Assembly: GCA_964016885.1 (NCBI GenBank)
Contig: OZ024744.1
Location: 78,182,001 to 78,246,000, forward strand
DNA length: 64,000 nucleotides
DNA from: Eledone cirrhosa
Lineage: Eukaryota
Direction: 5' to 3'
Part shown: positions 12,474 through 24,349 of the stretch, piece by piece
Layout of the letters: each line of letters opens with the position of its first letter
Numbering within the stretch: position 1 is the stretch's first letter
Notes under the pieces: model-generated
The model's input: only the letters and a program-made list of their open reading frames with translations
Told to the model about the DNA's origin: nothing
Database searches by the model: none
Translations under genes and position numbers: made by a program

Positions 12474-12862
12474 GGCACATGGATTAGTGGTTAGAGCATT
12501 GGGCTTGCAATCGAAAGGTTGTGAGTTCAATTCTCAGCCCGGGTGATGTGTTGTTTCCTTGAGCAAGACACTCTATTTCACATTGTTCCAGTTTACTCAG
12601 CTGTAGAAATGAGATGATAGGGACTGGGGTCCGTATCATTCCACTGCAAAGTGGTCGTGGCGGTGCCACGGCAAAAAAGCACCCAGCACTCACTGTAAAT
12701 GAGGTTTGTGTTAGGAAGGGCATCCAGCTGTAGAAATCAAGCCAGAATCAGTTCCCGTATTAGCAAGACATGGTCAGCCAACCAGACACTGCCCACAACA
12801 GGACAACCCGTCTAACCCATGTTAGCATGGAAGAACGGACATAAAACGGTGATGATAATGAT
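12471..12862 (+). mobile_element. Full-length SINE family B: tRNA head, central domain, RTE-derived 3' tail
   Basis: TGGATTAGTGGTTAGAGC / GAGTTCAATTC head; tail GTTAGGAAGGGCATCCAGCTGTAGAAA...CCCATGTTAGCATGG...(GAT)n as in the 3' UTR of the RTE at 49456-51499. Confidence 0.78.
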
Positions 12863-12863
12863 G

Positions 12864-13300
12864 ATATATATATGTATATATATATGTATATATGTATATA
12901 TATATATATATGTATATATGTATATATATGTATATATGTATATATGTATATGTATATATATATGTATATATGTATATATATGTATGTATATATATATGTA
13001 TATATGTATATATATGTATATGTATATATATATATATGTATATATATGTATATTATATATGTATATATGTTTATATATATATATGTGTATATATATATGT
13101 ATATATATATGTATATATGTATATATATATATATGTGTATATATGTAAATATGTATATATGTATATATATATATATATGTGTATATATGTATATATATAT
13201 ATATGTATATATATGTATATGTATATATATGTATATATATATATATGTATATATATGTATATGTATATATATGTATATATGTGTATATATATATATATAT
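12864..13300. repeat. Compound (TA)n/(TATG) microsatellite
   Basis: direct reading. Confidence 0.97.
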
Positions 13301-13670
13301 CATCATCATCATCATCATCGTTTAATGTCTATCTTACACGCTAGCATGAGTTAGACGGGAGTTGTCCCACTTGAGGGAAGATTGGTCGGGTGACGATGTC
13401 TCGCTCGTATAGAACTGTCTGGCAGGTTTTCTACAGCTGTATGCCCTTCCTAACACCAACCACGTTTACAGTGTGGACTGGGAGGTTTTTACCGTGTTAC
13501 CTACACAGCCACATTACAGCGTGGACTGTGTTTTTTTGTTGTGATACCTACACGACCTCATTTATTTCGGACTGGATGTTGTGGTACCAACATAGCTTTA
13601 CCAACATAACTTTACAGAGAAAGGGGTGGTGTGGATGGGGTGGGGGTGGAGTTGAGGTAGTGGGATAGGG
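13301..13670 (-). mobile_element. RTE 3' UTR fragment with (CAT)n tail
   Basis: close reverse-complement match to 51170-51499. Confidence 0.8.
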
Positions 13671-13747
13671 GTGTATATGTATATATGTATATATATATAT
13701 ATATCATCATCGTTTAACGTCTATCTTCCACGCTAGCATGGGTTTAG

Positions 13748-14592
<845 letters not shown>

Positions 14593-15214
14593 AGAGTATT
14601 GAAGTTTGCTTGAAGCATTGTGGAATAATAGGTAAATATCTTTAAGTCGTTTGGAAGCCTCGACAATGCAAATGGGTAAATCTCCGGGTAACAAGATCCG
14701 GTGGTGGAGAGAGAGATGTAAGTGGGTGTACGTTGAGATGCGTGGCGTGTATAAGACTGTAACGTGTAGAGGAATGAAGGAAAGAGTATAAAGGATAAAA
14801 TAAAAATAACAACACGAGAAAGAGTTACCTTGGGAGAGATTTAATTGTCCCTATATATTTCGGATTCACATCCATCTACTGGGTTTTTTTTCCGGGGTGG
14901 GGGAAAGGTTGTCTGTCGGAAAGGTGCGAAACGCGTCCTCTGCTGTTTGTTGTTTTGATTATCGGAGGTATTCAGCAGAGCGCGCGTGCACGTGAAATTA
15001 GGTCGGTCGGGCAGAGGTCAGCGGCCGAATGTGGGAGTGGGGTGGCGCTAGCTGTCAGTTTGTGGGAGTGGGGTGGCTTTCTCTGCCTGTTTGTTTAATG
15101 TTACTGTGTGTGTGTGTGCGTGTGTTGTTGTCTCGCTTGAGTGTGTGTGTGCGTGTGTTGTTGCCTTGTTCCTCTATATTGGCAGTTTAGTATGTTCGTA
15201 TGGTGGAATGATAC

Positions 15215-16080
15215 TGTGTATAGGAAAGGTGTAGGTAGGAACTCCATTCTCTGCCCCAAAAGGTGTAGGTAGGAACTCCATTCTCTGCCCCAAATGCAAA
15301 CAATGGGTACACAAGAGATGTAGCGGGATCTCAGGAAGCTTAATTAAGAATGTAGGCTTCACATGCAGCAGCTGTGCTGGGACAGCAAGCAGCAAACAGC
15401 CACAGGAAACAAGTACCACCAATTTCTGGGAGGGCTCTGTAGATACAGTAGACAGCTTCTGTTACCTAGGTGACCGAATTAGCAGCGGAGGTGGGTGTTC
15501 AGAAAGTACAATAACAAGGGTAAGAACTACCACTGCTAGCTGCAAAAGGCTTCTCCCTCAGAATGAAAGGCAGACTGTATGATGCGTGTATCCGAACAGC
15601 GTTGTTGCATGGTAGTGAGACCTGGGCGCTGAAGGTGGAAGACTTACGTAGATTAGAGAGAAACGAAGCATGCATGCTCCGATGGATGTGTAACAGTAAT
15701 ATACGTGAACGACAAAGCATAAATGAATAGAGAGAGAGATTGAGCATAAGAGGAATCAAATGCTGTGTGCAGGAGAGGTGGTTGCACTGGTATGGACATG
15801 TGATGCGCATGAAGGATGACAGCTGCATAAAAAGGTGCAGAGCACTAGAAGTCAATGGAAACCGCGGAGTGGGGATACCCAAGATGACCAGGGATGAGGT
15901 GATAAAAGCCGACCTTACCCAATTACACCTCTCAAATGCAATGACACACAACCGTGACCTCTGGCATCACGCAGTAATACAGAGTACCCGACCTCCCATG
16001 GGTACAAGCTGAAACATATAGACAATATGCCCCCACACCCCCCCACCGCAAGGTGGTCGTGGAGGTGCCACTTTGCAGTG
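15215..16080 (+). mobile_element. RTE LINE fragment (PHD insert and C-terminal RT region), disrupted
   Basis: GVGRNSILCPKCKQWVHKRC, FCYLGD, RWLHWYGHVMRMKDDSCIKRC; internal duplication at 15226-15298. Confidence 0.85.
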
Positions 16081-16102
16081 GAAAGATAGGGACCCCAGTC
16101 CC

Positions 16103-16221
16103 CAGTGGGGTTTATAACTCTCGGAGAAATGGAAAAAGATGAGTGTTGCCGTACGGCAACACTCATCTTTTAAAACAAAATACAGGTAAAACAAAATAAA
16201 ACAAAATACAGGTAAAAATAC

Positions 16222-16254
<33 letters not shown>

Positions 16255-16642
16255 ATTAGAGAAGCAAGAAATTGCTTATTGTGATCCAGTTCTTGGTTAA
16301 GAAAGCCAGTTTCATGGATGGTTTCAACGTACGGTTAGGGGTAACTCCACAGGTTTGTAAGAATTCCGTTCAATCTAGAAGTATAAAAGAGAAAACACAG
16401 GTAAGCATTAAGAGAAGGATTTTATCCAGGTATTTATGACCGTTTCATTGGTAAGTGCAACCTTATATTGCTATACTGCAGCCACTCAATTATAATTGTT
16501 GTTCACAGTCCAAATTTTCAAAATTATATTTGAGTGGCTGCTATTTGCAGTATAGCAATATAAGGTTGCACTTACCAATGAAACGGTCGTAAATACCTGG
16601 ATAAAATCCTTCTCTTAATGCTTACCTGTGTTTTCTCTTTTA

Positions 16643-16680
<38 letters not shown>

Positions 16681-16722
16681 CACTCATCTTTTTCCATTTC
16701 TCCGAGGGTTATAAACCCCACT
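16103..16722. repeat. Nested inverted repeats / foldback region
   Basis: outer IR about 16103-16147 vs 16679-16722; perfect 38-bp palindrome 16134-16171; inner arms of about 115 bp at 16380-16497 vs 16521-16646. Confidence 0.9.
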
Positions 16723-16844
16723 ATCAGGCTAGAAATTTCTTTAGTTTAAAATACTTATATAGCTTATATTTTCTAATTTCTAATTTCAAACTTGCACACC
16801 ATTTCAAAAACATACTTACATGTTTACGTTTATAATTTGCTTGT

Positions 16845-16845
16845 T

Positions 16846-16882
<37 letters not shown>

Positions 16883-16883
16883 G

Positions 16884-16955
<72 letters not shown>

Positions 16956-16981
16956 TGTATATGTATATATATATGTATATG

Positions 16982-17014
<33 letters not shown>

Positions 17015-17073
17015 GTATATATATATGTATATATATATATATGTATATATATGTATATGTATATATATATATG

Positions 17074-17106
<33 letters not shown>

Positions 17107-17119
17107 GTATATATATATG

Positions 17120-17174
<55 letters not shown>

Positions 17175-17231
17175 GTATATATATATGTATATATATATAT
17201 ATGTATATATATATGTATATATATATATATA

Positions 17232-17269
<38 letters not shown>
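16845..17269. repeat. Compound (TA)n/(TATG) microsatellite
   Basis: direct reading. Confidence 0.97.
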
Positions 17270-17270
<1 letters not shown>

Positions 17271-17396
17271 CGAAGGAAAAGTGGTAAGGAACCAGGTGGA
17301 CCATAACGCACCAAAGTACTCAATACTTAGGGTAGTAGAGTGGGTAATAGGAACCAGTAAGATCCCGACCGACGGCTGAGCTCAAGCCGTTTCGAC
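17270..17396 (-). mobile_element. Penelope-like element 3' end fragment with the 3' half of a hammerhead
   Basis: minus strand GTCGAAACGGCTTGAGCTCAGCCGTCGG nearly identical to 44092-44119; sits in (TA)n; related piece at 25598-25685. Confidence 0.6.
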
Positions 17397-17437
17397 ATAC
17401 ATATATATATGTATGTGTTCATGCATATGTGTGTGTG

Positions 17438-17512
<75 letters not shown>

Positions 17513-17550
17513 CTAAATATCTTTTTAAGTGTTTATCATGTTTCAAATTA

Positions 17551-17721
17551 CAGTGAAATTCCGTTGTAACGAAATTCACGGGGCATAAAAAAATTTGTTG
17601 TAACAGAAAATTCTTTATAAGATTGACCTAAAACATTGAGTATGTGGTCAGGGATTGAAAAAATGTTGTTATACTGGAAAAATTTGTTATAATTGTATTT
17701 GTTATAATGAAATTTTACCTG
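17551..17721. mobile_element. Tc1/mariner-type MITE
   Basis: TA|CAGTGAAATTCCGTTGTAAC ... GTTATAATGAAATTTTACCTG|TA imperfect TIRs. Confidence 0.65.
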
Positions 17722-17816
17722 TATTTTGTTTTATTTAAAATTTATTTATTTATTATAATTTTTTTTTTTTTTTTTAAACTAAAGTAATTTACCTAATTCC
17801 ACTTCGTTTTCTTCAG

Positions 17817-17961
17817 AGCTCGCATTGACCATCGGATTAAACAATTAACAGAAGGTTTAATGAGTGAATTACAAGTGACACCAGAACGGTCTCTTCGAGG
17901 TGGTCCAAGAGCTGCAAGAAGAGCAGTGACACAGCTTATTCGTCTCGGAAAATCTGCTCAA
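17817..17961 (+). CDS. EXOC8: EXOC8 coding exon 4 in window
   Basis: cttcag| ... CAA|gtaggt; ARIDHRIKQLTEGLMSELQVTPERSLRGGPRAARRAVTQLIRLGKSAQ matches EXOC8 SPDRSLRGGPKATRRAVSQLIRLG. Confidence 0.97.
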
Positions 17962-18252
17962 GTAGGTACCACCAGTAAAATTCTCTCAGAAATAAAAACA
18001 CCAGTTTTCTCACCCTAATACAGAGGTTCTCAAAGTGGGCGCTACCACCCCACGATAGGCATTGAGAAGGTCCAGGGAGGTGCTGGAATTTAAGGGGGCA
18101 GTCGGGGTGGTAGCAATGATATAATAGTATATTAAATATCGAATGATACATATTATATATAAATATAGTAAAATAAGAAATATATAATATTTATTTATAC
18201 ATAGTATATATTATATTATTTATTATATAAAGATTAATGATTTTATTTATTA

Positions 18253-19158
18253 CTAGCAGTGGTACCCAGCGTTACACGGGATAAGGTATTTCGGAACGCG
18301 GGCCGCCAACAGACCTAATCGTGGAAAAACTGCATGCCTGGACAATATGTAAAAAAAATAAACCGAATACTCTGATGGCTGGATAATCTTTAAGATTTTC
18401 CTCGATGAAGCAGGAAAAATGCAGGTTTTCACCTAGGGGATCATAAAATAAATTTTTTTTATGTGCATAATATGCCTTGAAATTTCGGGAAAATCGGCTA
18501 GACGTAACGCCTCAAAAAAGCCCTAAAAACTGAAAAAATGAAGTTTTTCACCTAATGCGGGCCCTAGGCCATAAAAAAGTTGGATTTTCTTTGCTTACGG
18601 TATGAAGAAGAGACTGACTAATACATAGTTACAATTTCAAGGATTCGGTCTGACGTAATGCCTCAAAAAACCCCTAAAAAGCTTTAAAAACGCAGTTTTT
18701 CACCTAATGCGGACCCTAGGAGATCAAAAAGTTGAATTTTTATGTGCATAACACTCCCTGAAACATAAGTAATACACATGTAAAGTTTGAAAAAAATCGG
18801 TTGGGTACTTCTCGAGTTTTAGGGATTCAAACTCACACACAAACACCGACAGACATCCTCAGAGAAGTGACGTAATGCAGACAGCCAGACATACAGACAG
18901 ATATTATAAAGGCGCGAGATTATATGTATGTATCTACCTTAAAAGAGAAAGACTAAGAATTATAGAGAGAGATCGCTAAATCGCCTAATGCGGTCCCTAG
19001 GGTATTGAAAATTTGAATTTTTTTTTGCTCCAAACACTCCCTGAAACATAAGTATTACATGTCTAAAGTTTGAAAATAGTCGGTTGGGTGGTTCTCGAGT
19101 TTTAGGGATTCAAACTCACACACACAGACAGACATCCTCAGTTTTATATATATATAGA
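18253..19158 (-). mobile_element. Non-autonomous Helitron A
   Basis: minus strand starts TCTATATATATATAAAACTGAGG and ends CCCGTGTAACGCTGGG hairpin ...CTAG|T; internal duplicated blocks. Confidence 0.78.
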
Positions 19159-19535
19159 CTAGCAGAAAACCGCCCACCGGGTGGTTTTCTGCTAGTATAT
19201 ATATATATTACACACACAGAAATGTATATATATTTCTGTGTGTGTATATATATATTACACACACAGAAATGTAAATATATTTCTGTGTGTATATATATAT
19301 ATTTCTGTGTGTGTGTGTATATATATATATATTACACACACACAGAAATGTATATATGTTTCTGTAGCACTCCTCAATTCCCCCCTCTCTCCCTCCCACT
19401 ATCCCCCTCTTGTAGTCTGTCTCTTTCTTTCACTCTCACTCTCTCTCTACGCGTGTGCAAAAAACATTCGCACGCGCGCACGTGTTTCCACTGTCGGACA
19501 GACAGAGAAATTGCTGGTTATATATTATAAGGAGA
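19159..19535 (-). mobile_element. Non-autonomous Helitron B, head-to-tail with Helitron A
   Basis: A|TCTCCTTATAATATATAACC 5' end; terminal hairpin CTAGCAGAAAACC..GGTTTTCTGCTAG at 3' end. Confidence 0.68.
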
Positions 19536-20269
19536 TATATTTTTAACAATTTCGTGTAGGCAGGTCTCTCTGGAAATAGAGGAGTGGGGCACTAAAGGTA
19601 TTATCTGGCCATGAGAGGGGAGTCTTGTACTCAGACATTTCACGCCATATCACTGGGATAAGCACCAGCCTAATGAAGCTTCTATAGTGTTACAATTAGC
19701 TAGATAAATGGAGTGAATAGGAATGCAGACAACAGGTTGAAAGTTCATATTACTACGCTGGACCTTAACATACTTTGGCTCAGTCTGTCTCGCTGTAAAC
19801 ATGTTGTTGCTTAGTCCAAACCTATGTAAAACACTAGATTAGCCCTTTAGCATTTAAACCAGCCATATCCGGCCAGAATTCTCTCACCTCTTTCTGTCCA
19901 AGCTGGCTGTAACCAGCCACTCATATTGGCATTAAGGTATTCTCAAAATAACTAACATCAAAATCTCATAGATTCGATTTAACTAAGATAATTATATAAG
20001 ATAAAGCCTTTACCACAAAAATACAATAGTATATATAAAGTAATGTAAATGATAAAGAGAGAGAAGGGGAAAGGAAGAAGAAAAAAATAAATTGCCCTAT
20101 CTTATGTTTTATATTTATATTTTGTATTTTTACTAAAATATTTATTCTAAAATTACGTGTAAACTGATCTGTTGGTAATATGTTTATGTAAACTAAACCT
20201 GTTTTGAATTGTTTACTAATTGTGTACCCGCCCTCTCTCTCTCTCTATCCCATAATGTCATTGCTTTGG

Positions 20270-20675
20270 CAAAAAGCACAAAGTCCACCCTGTAAGGTGG
20301 TTGCATTGCTGACATAACAAAAATACCCAGTCCACCCTATAAGGTGGTTGTGTTGCTGACACGACAAAAACACCCAGTCCACCCTGTAAGGTGGTTGTGT
20401 TGCTGACACGACAAAAAACACCTCGTCCGCACTGTAAGGTGGTTGTGCTGGTGACACGAGAAAAAGCACCCAGCCAATACTGTAAAGTGGTCATGTAAGC
20501 ACCCAGCATACACTGTAAATGTGGTTGGTGTTAGGAAGGGCATCCAGCCATAGAAACCAAGCCAGAAACAGTTCTGTAGGAGCAAGACACGGTCATCTGA
20601 CTTCGATTTGTCTGAAATGAGGCAACTTGTTTGACCCATGCTGGCATGGAAAATGGATGTTAAAAGATGATGATG
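20270..20675 (+). mobile_element. RTE 3' UTR fragment with an expanded 44-bp internal tandem repeat
   Basis: about 5 copies of CACCCAGTCCACCCTGTAAGGTGGTTGTGTTGCTGACACGACAAAAA, then conserved tail and (GAT)n. Confidence 0.75.
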
Positions 20676-20688
20676 ATTATTATTATTA

Positions 20689-21170
20689 CTAGCAGAAAAA
20701 CCACCCTTCGGTGGTTTTTCTGCTAGCATGCGTAGTGTGTATATTGATATTATACGCAAGTATATATACATGTACATATGATACATCAAATAAAATCATA
20801 ATTGACAATATAAACAGAAATTGAACAAAGACTGTGTTACACTGTCTTATGTAATCAGTAACGTAATCCATGATACATTAAATAAAAGACGATATTATAT
20901 ATAAACTGCATTAGGAGAAAATTAGTGACAGAAATATATGAATGTTTATTTAAACAATCACTAACCGGAAGTGTTGACATTTGAAAATTTTAAAGAAGTT
21001 TATCTTTAAATAAGTAATAAAATATATTTAATCAACATCTACGAAAAATTTAGTAGATAAATTATGTAATATTCATTCATTATTTATTCAAAGTAATCCA
21101 ACTTATTTTTCTAACTGGATTAAAAGAAATAAACCGTACGCAGTCCCACACTCCTTACTTTATTATAGTT
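20689..21170 (-). mobile_element. Helitron-like element with the same terminal palindrome as Helitron B
   Basis: A|CTAGCAGAAAAACCACC CTTC GGTGGTTTTTCTGCTAG; other boundary uncertain. Confidence 0.45.
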
Positions 21171-21189
21171 TAAATTATTATCATTATTG

Positions 21190-21865
21190 TTCTTTGAGTC
21201 TCAGTCATTGATGTTATTTAACTGGAAAGTTTGTTGAAATTAATATGAAGCCACTACCTGCAGTCTCAGATATTCAGGACGTATCAGAGGGTTCTTGCTG
21301 TTCCCAGCAAGCATGCCTTTTGAAGTGTTCCAAAAAGCGGGGCTGGACTAATCTTCTTTAACCATCCTTGGAAACTCTTTGAGATAATACCTAGTGTGCC
21401 TATGACAACAATCGGGACGACCTTGATTTCATGGCAGTTCCAAATCCTTTTTAACTCCCACTTTAAGTCCCGGTATCGGTTAATTTTCTCCTTCTCCTTC
21501 TATTGCACTCTCGTGTCGAATGGGCAGGCTACATCCACAATCAGGCACAATCTTTTTTCCTTGTCCCAAACCACCAGGTCAGGTCTATTGTGTTCCAGTT
21601 TCTTGTCCGTCTGTATCCTAAAATCCCATAGCACCTTCACCTGATCGTTTTCTATCACCGACTCTGGCTTATGGTCATACCACTTCTCAGAATGTGGTAA
21701 ATTGTTAACTTTGCATAGGTGCCAGTGGATCACCCTGCCCATCACATCGTGTCTCCAGCCTTTATAGTGAGTCTGGGCTAGGTGTTTACACTCGGATACA
21801 ATGTGAACCACAGTCTCCTCTCTCTCCACAGATCCTACACAGTGGGCTAGCCTCCTCCTTGTAAA
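21190..21865 (-). mobile_element. R4/Dong-like LINE 3' part (zinc knuckle and RLE), same family as 7857-8317
   Basis: SPLCRICGE(R)EETVVHIVSEC..RHD..IHWHLC, then VLWDFRIQTD..RPDLVV; has stops/frameshift. Confidence 0.88.
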
Positions 21866-21939
21866 AATGGGTGATATGTTGGTGTAATGGTAGCACCAGT
21901 GGTCTGGATAACCAAAGATGTGGATTATTATTATTATTA

Positions 21940-22690
21940 TAGCTGCATTTATCTTGCTTTATGTTCATACGAGTTATCACCAAGTCACAACCAGTGACCT
22001 CAAGAGACAACAAGGTCCGCCATGTTCAAGAAAGAACATACATACTCACACATGTATCTTTAGGTGTTTAGACTTGTGATGTACTTATATTGACAGAATC
22101 TTCCTTAGTATATGGGCAGTTACCATTAGTACTATCTTTTGTATTTCTCCTATACGCGGGTTTCCTGGGATTTGCGATAAGTAATCATTAGACCCCTTAG
22201 GTATCATTCCCAGAGCGCCTACAACCACTGGTATTGTTTTAGTTCTCAATTTCCACATTTTTCCAATTTCTATCTCCAGGTCCTTATACTTGCTCAATTT
22301 TTCAAATGTTTTTGTAGATACATTCTTGTCTATTGGAACGGACATATCAATTAGCAGGCATACCCTCTTTTTAAAGTCCTTCAATATTATATCAGATCTA
22401 TTTGCATCTATTTTTCGGTCTGTTTGGATGCTAAAGTTCCACAACATTGAGATGTGATCTTTTTCAAGTATGGGAGGTGGTTGATGCTCCCACCAATTCT
22501 TTTGATGGGGCAGATCAAAATGCTTACACATTATCCAATGTATGTATTGTGCAGCTCTGTCATGCCTGTTTAGGTATTCGGTTGGAGCTATAGGACTGCA
22601 CATTGAAATTATATGGTCAATGGTCTCTGGTTGTTTTTTACATACACGGCATAATGGGCTGCATCCATTTTTTATTATGTTGGCTTGGTA
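21940..22690 (-). mobile_element. Second R4/Dong-like family, 3' part with 3' UTR
   Basis: SPLCRVCKKQPETIDHIISMC..RHD..WNFSIQTDRKIDANRSDII..IDMSVP..KYKDL..IPVVVGALG; (TAT)n at both ends. Confidence 0.9.
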
Positions 22691-22698
22691 TATTATTA

Positions 22699-22729
<31 letters not shown>

Positions 22730-22817
22730 TAAAAGTGGCTCTTCAGATTTAATAATTTATTGTCTTAACAAATGAGATAAACTATGTATATATGAGTGTG
22801 TTTGTGTCTTTTATTAG

Positions 22818-22998
22818 GCCTGTGAACTGTTTCTCAACAATAGGAGTGCTATCATTAAATATAATATCAGACAACTGAAGTTCGAGGGATCAACAACATT
22901 GTATATAAAACGTCTTTGTACGGGATTTTTCTCCAGTTTGGCTGAAACTGGCAAAGAATTTATGAAAGCGTTCCCACAGAATTATGGCTGTTATTCCG
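22818..22998 (+). CDS. EXOC8: EXOC8 coding exon 5 in window
   Basis: ttattag| ... G|gtaatt; ACELFLNNRSAIIKYNIRQLKFEGSTTLYIKRLCTGFFSSLAETGKEF...GCYS. Confidence 0.97.
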
Positions 22999-23054
22999 GT
23001 AATTCTATTTTATTTGTATTTTCAATTATTTTTAATTTAAAAAAAAATTTTTTT

Positions 23055-23425
23055 TTTTTCTTCGCCCACTTATTCCAGAAGGGGCCGTAGATGCAGAGTT
23101 CTCAAACACTCCTTCTAGTAGGTCCTATCAGAAACAACCGTCTCCAACTGATCCGGCTGGATCCCCAAGCATGATCAGCCAAGCTCATGGATGTTATCCA
23201 TCTTGCTCGGTGTCTACCCTGGCTGTCCTGTCAGTTGGTTTTGCCCATAAAATCTTTTCAACGAATCTTTCCTGAGAATTCTAATCACATTCCCATAGTA
23301 TCGGAACTGTGATCTCTCAATTCGGAGAAGTAGCGACTCTACTTTGAGTGACTTTCTGATCTCCGAGCTACACACTTTATTGAGTAATGCTACTCCAAAG
23401 ACCCTTTGGAGGAATCCAATTTCGG
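23055..23425 (-). mobile_element. RTE-type LINE family 2, 3' end
   Basis: reverse complement of the 27085-27520 family; (GAA)n-like tail. Confidence 0.7.
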
Positions 23426-23756
23426 TTGGTTTTTTTAATTTTCTTTATTTTGTCAAAGTGTTATTGCAATCATGGATTGACATGTGATGTAAATCTGTGG
23501 TAATGACATGATGTGTGAATTGGTTGAGAAAAACAGCCAGACAACTCTCCCATGGTTAATTGATTAAGTAGTTTGCTTTTGCAACCACATGGTTCTGGGT
23601 TAAATGTTGCTGTGTATTAACTTGAACATGTATCTTCTATGTAACCTCCAGTTGACCAATACCTGAAACGATCAAAGTTACTGTATGGGCAGAATGATGG
23701 AAACAAACACAGAGCGAAGTAGAGAAAGAGTAAAACCAAGAAAAAACATGGCTTAA

Positions 23757-24349
23757 CCCTTTAGCATTTACCTCTCAAAGGCGATGACACATGACCGTGA
23801 CCTCTGGCGTCACGCAGTAATACAGAGTACCCGACCTCCCATGGGTACAAGCTGAAGCATATAAACAATATGCCCCACACCCTCCCACTGCAAAGTGGTC
23901 GTGGAGGTACCACAGCAAAAAACACCCAGCCCACACAGTAAAGTGGACGTGTAGGCGCCACGGAAAAAGCACCCAGCACTCACTGTAAATGAGGTTGGTG
24001 TTAGGAAGGGCATCCAGCTGTAGAAATCAAGCCCAAATCAGCTCCTGTATGAGCAAGGCATGGTCAGCTGACCAGACACTGCCCACAACAGGACAACCCG
24101 TCTCACCCATGCTAGCATGGAAGAACGGACGTAAAACGGTGATGATGATGATGATTATTCTGTATCTACTATCATATTTTCACGGTAAATGCTTTACCTT
24201 ACATAATTATCTCAGATAAAATTGAATCTATGAAATTTCGATATTATTTATTTTGAGAACAACCCCTTAACAACAGTATGAGTTGCTGGTTTGAACAGAA
24301 CGCGATGAAAGAATTCTGGCTGGATATGGTCGATTTAAATGCTAAAGGG
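23757..24349 (-). mobile_element. piggyBac-type MITE split by an RTE 3'-end insertion (about 23772-24153)
   Basis: TTAA|CCCTTTAGCATTTAC ... TAAATGCTAAAGGG|TTAA; insert ends in (GAT)n. Confidence 0.85.

Noticed and set aside
12471-12545. Genuine tRNA genes at SINE heads
   Set aside because: A/B boxes are present but no complete cloverleaf, and each continues into SINE body sequence
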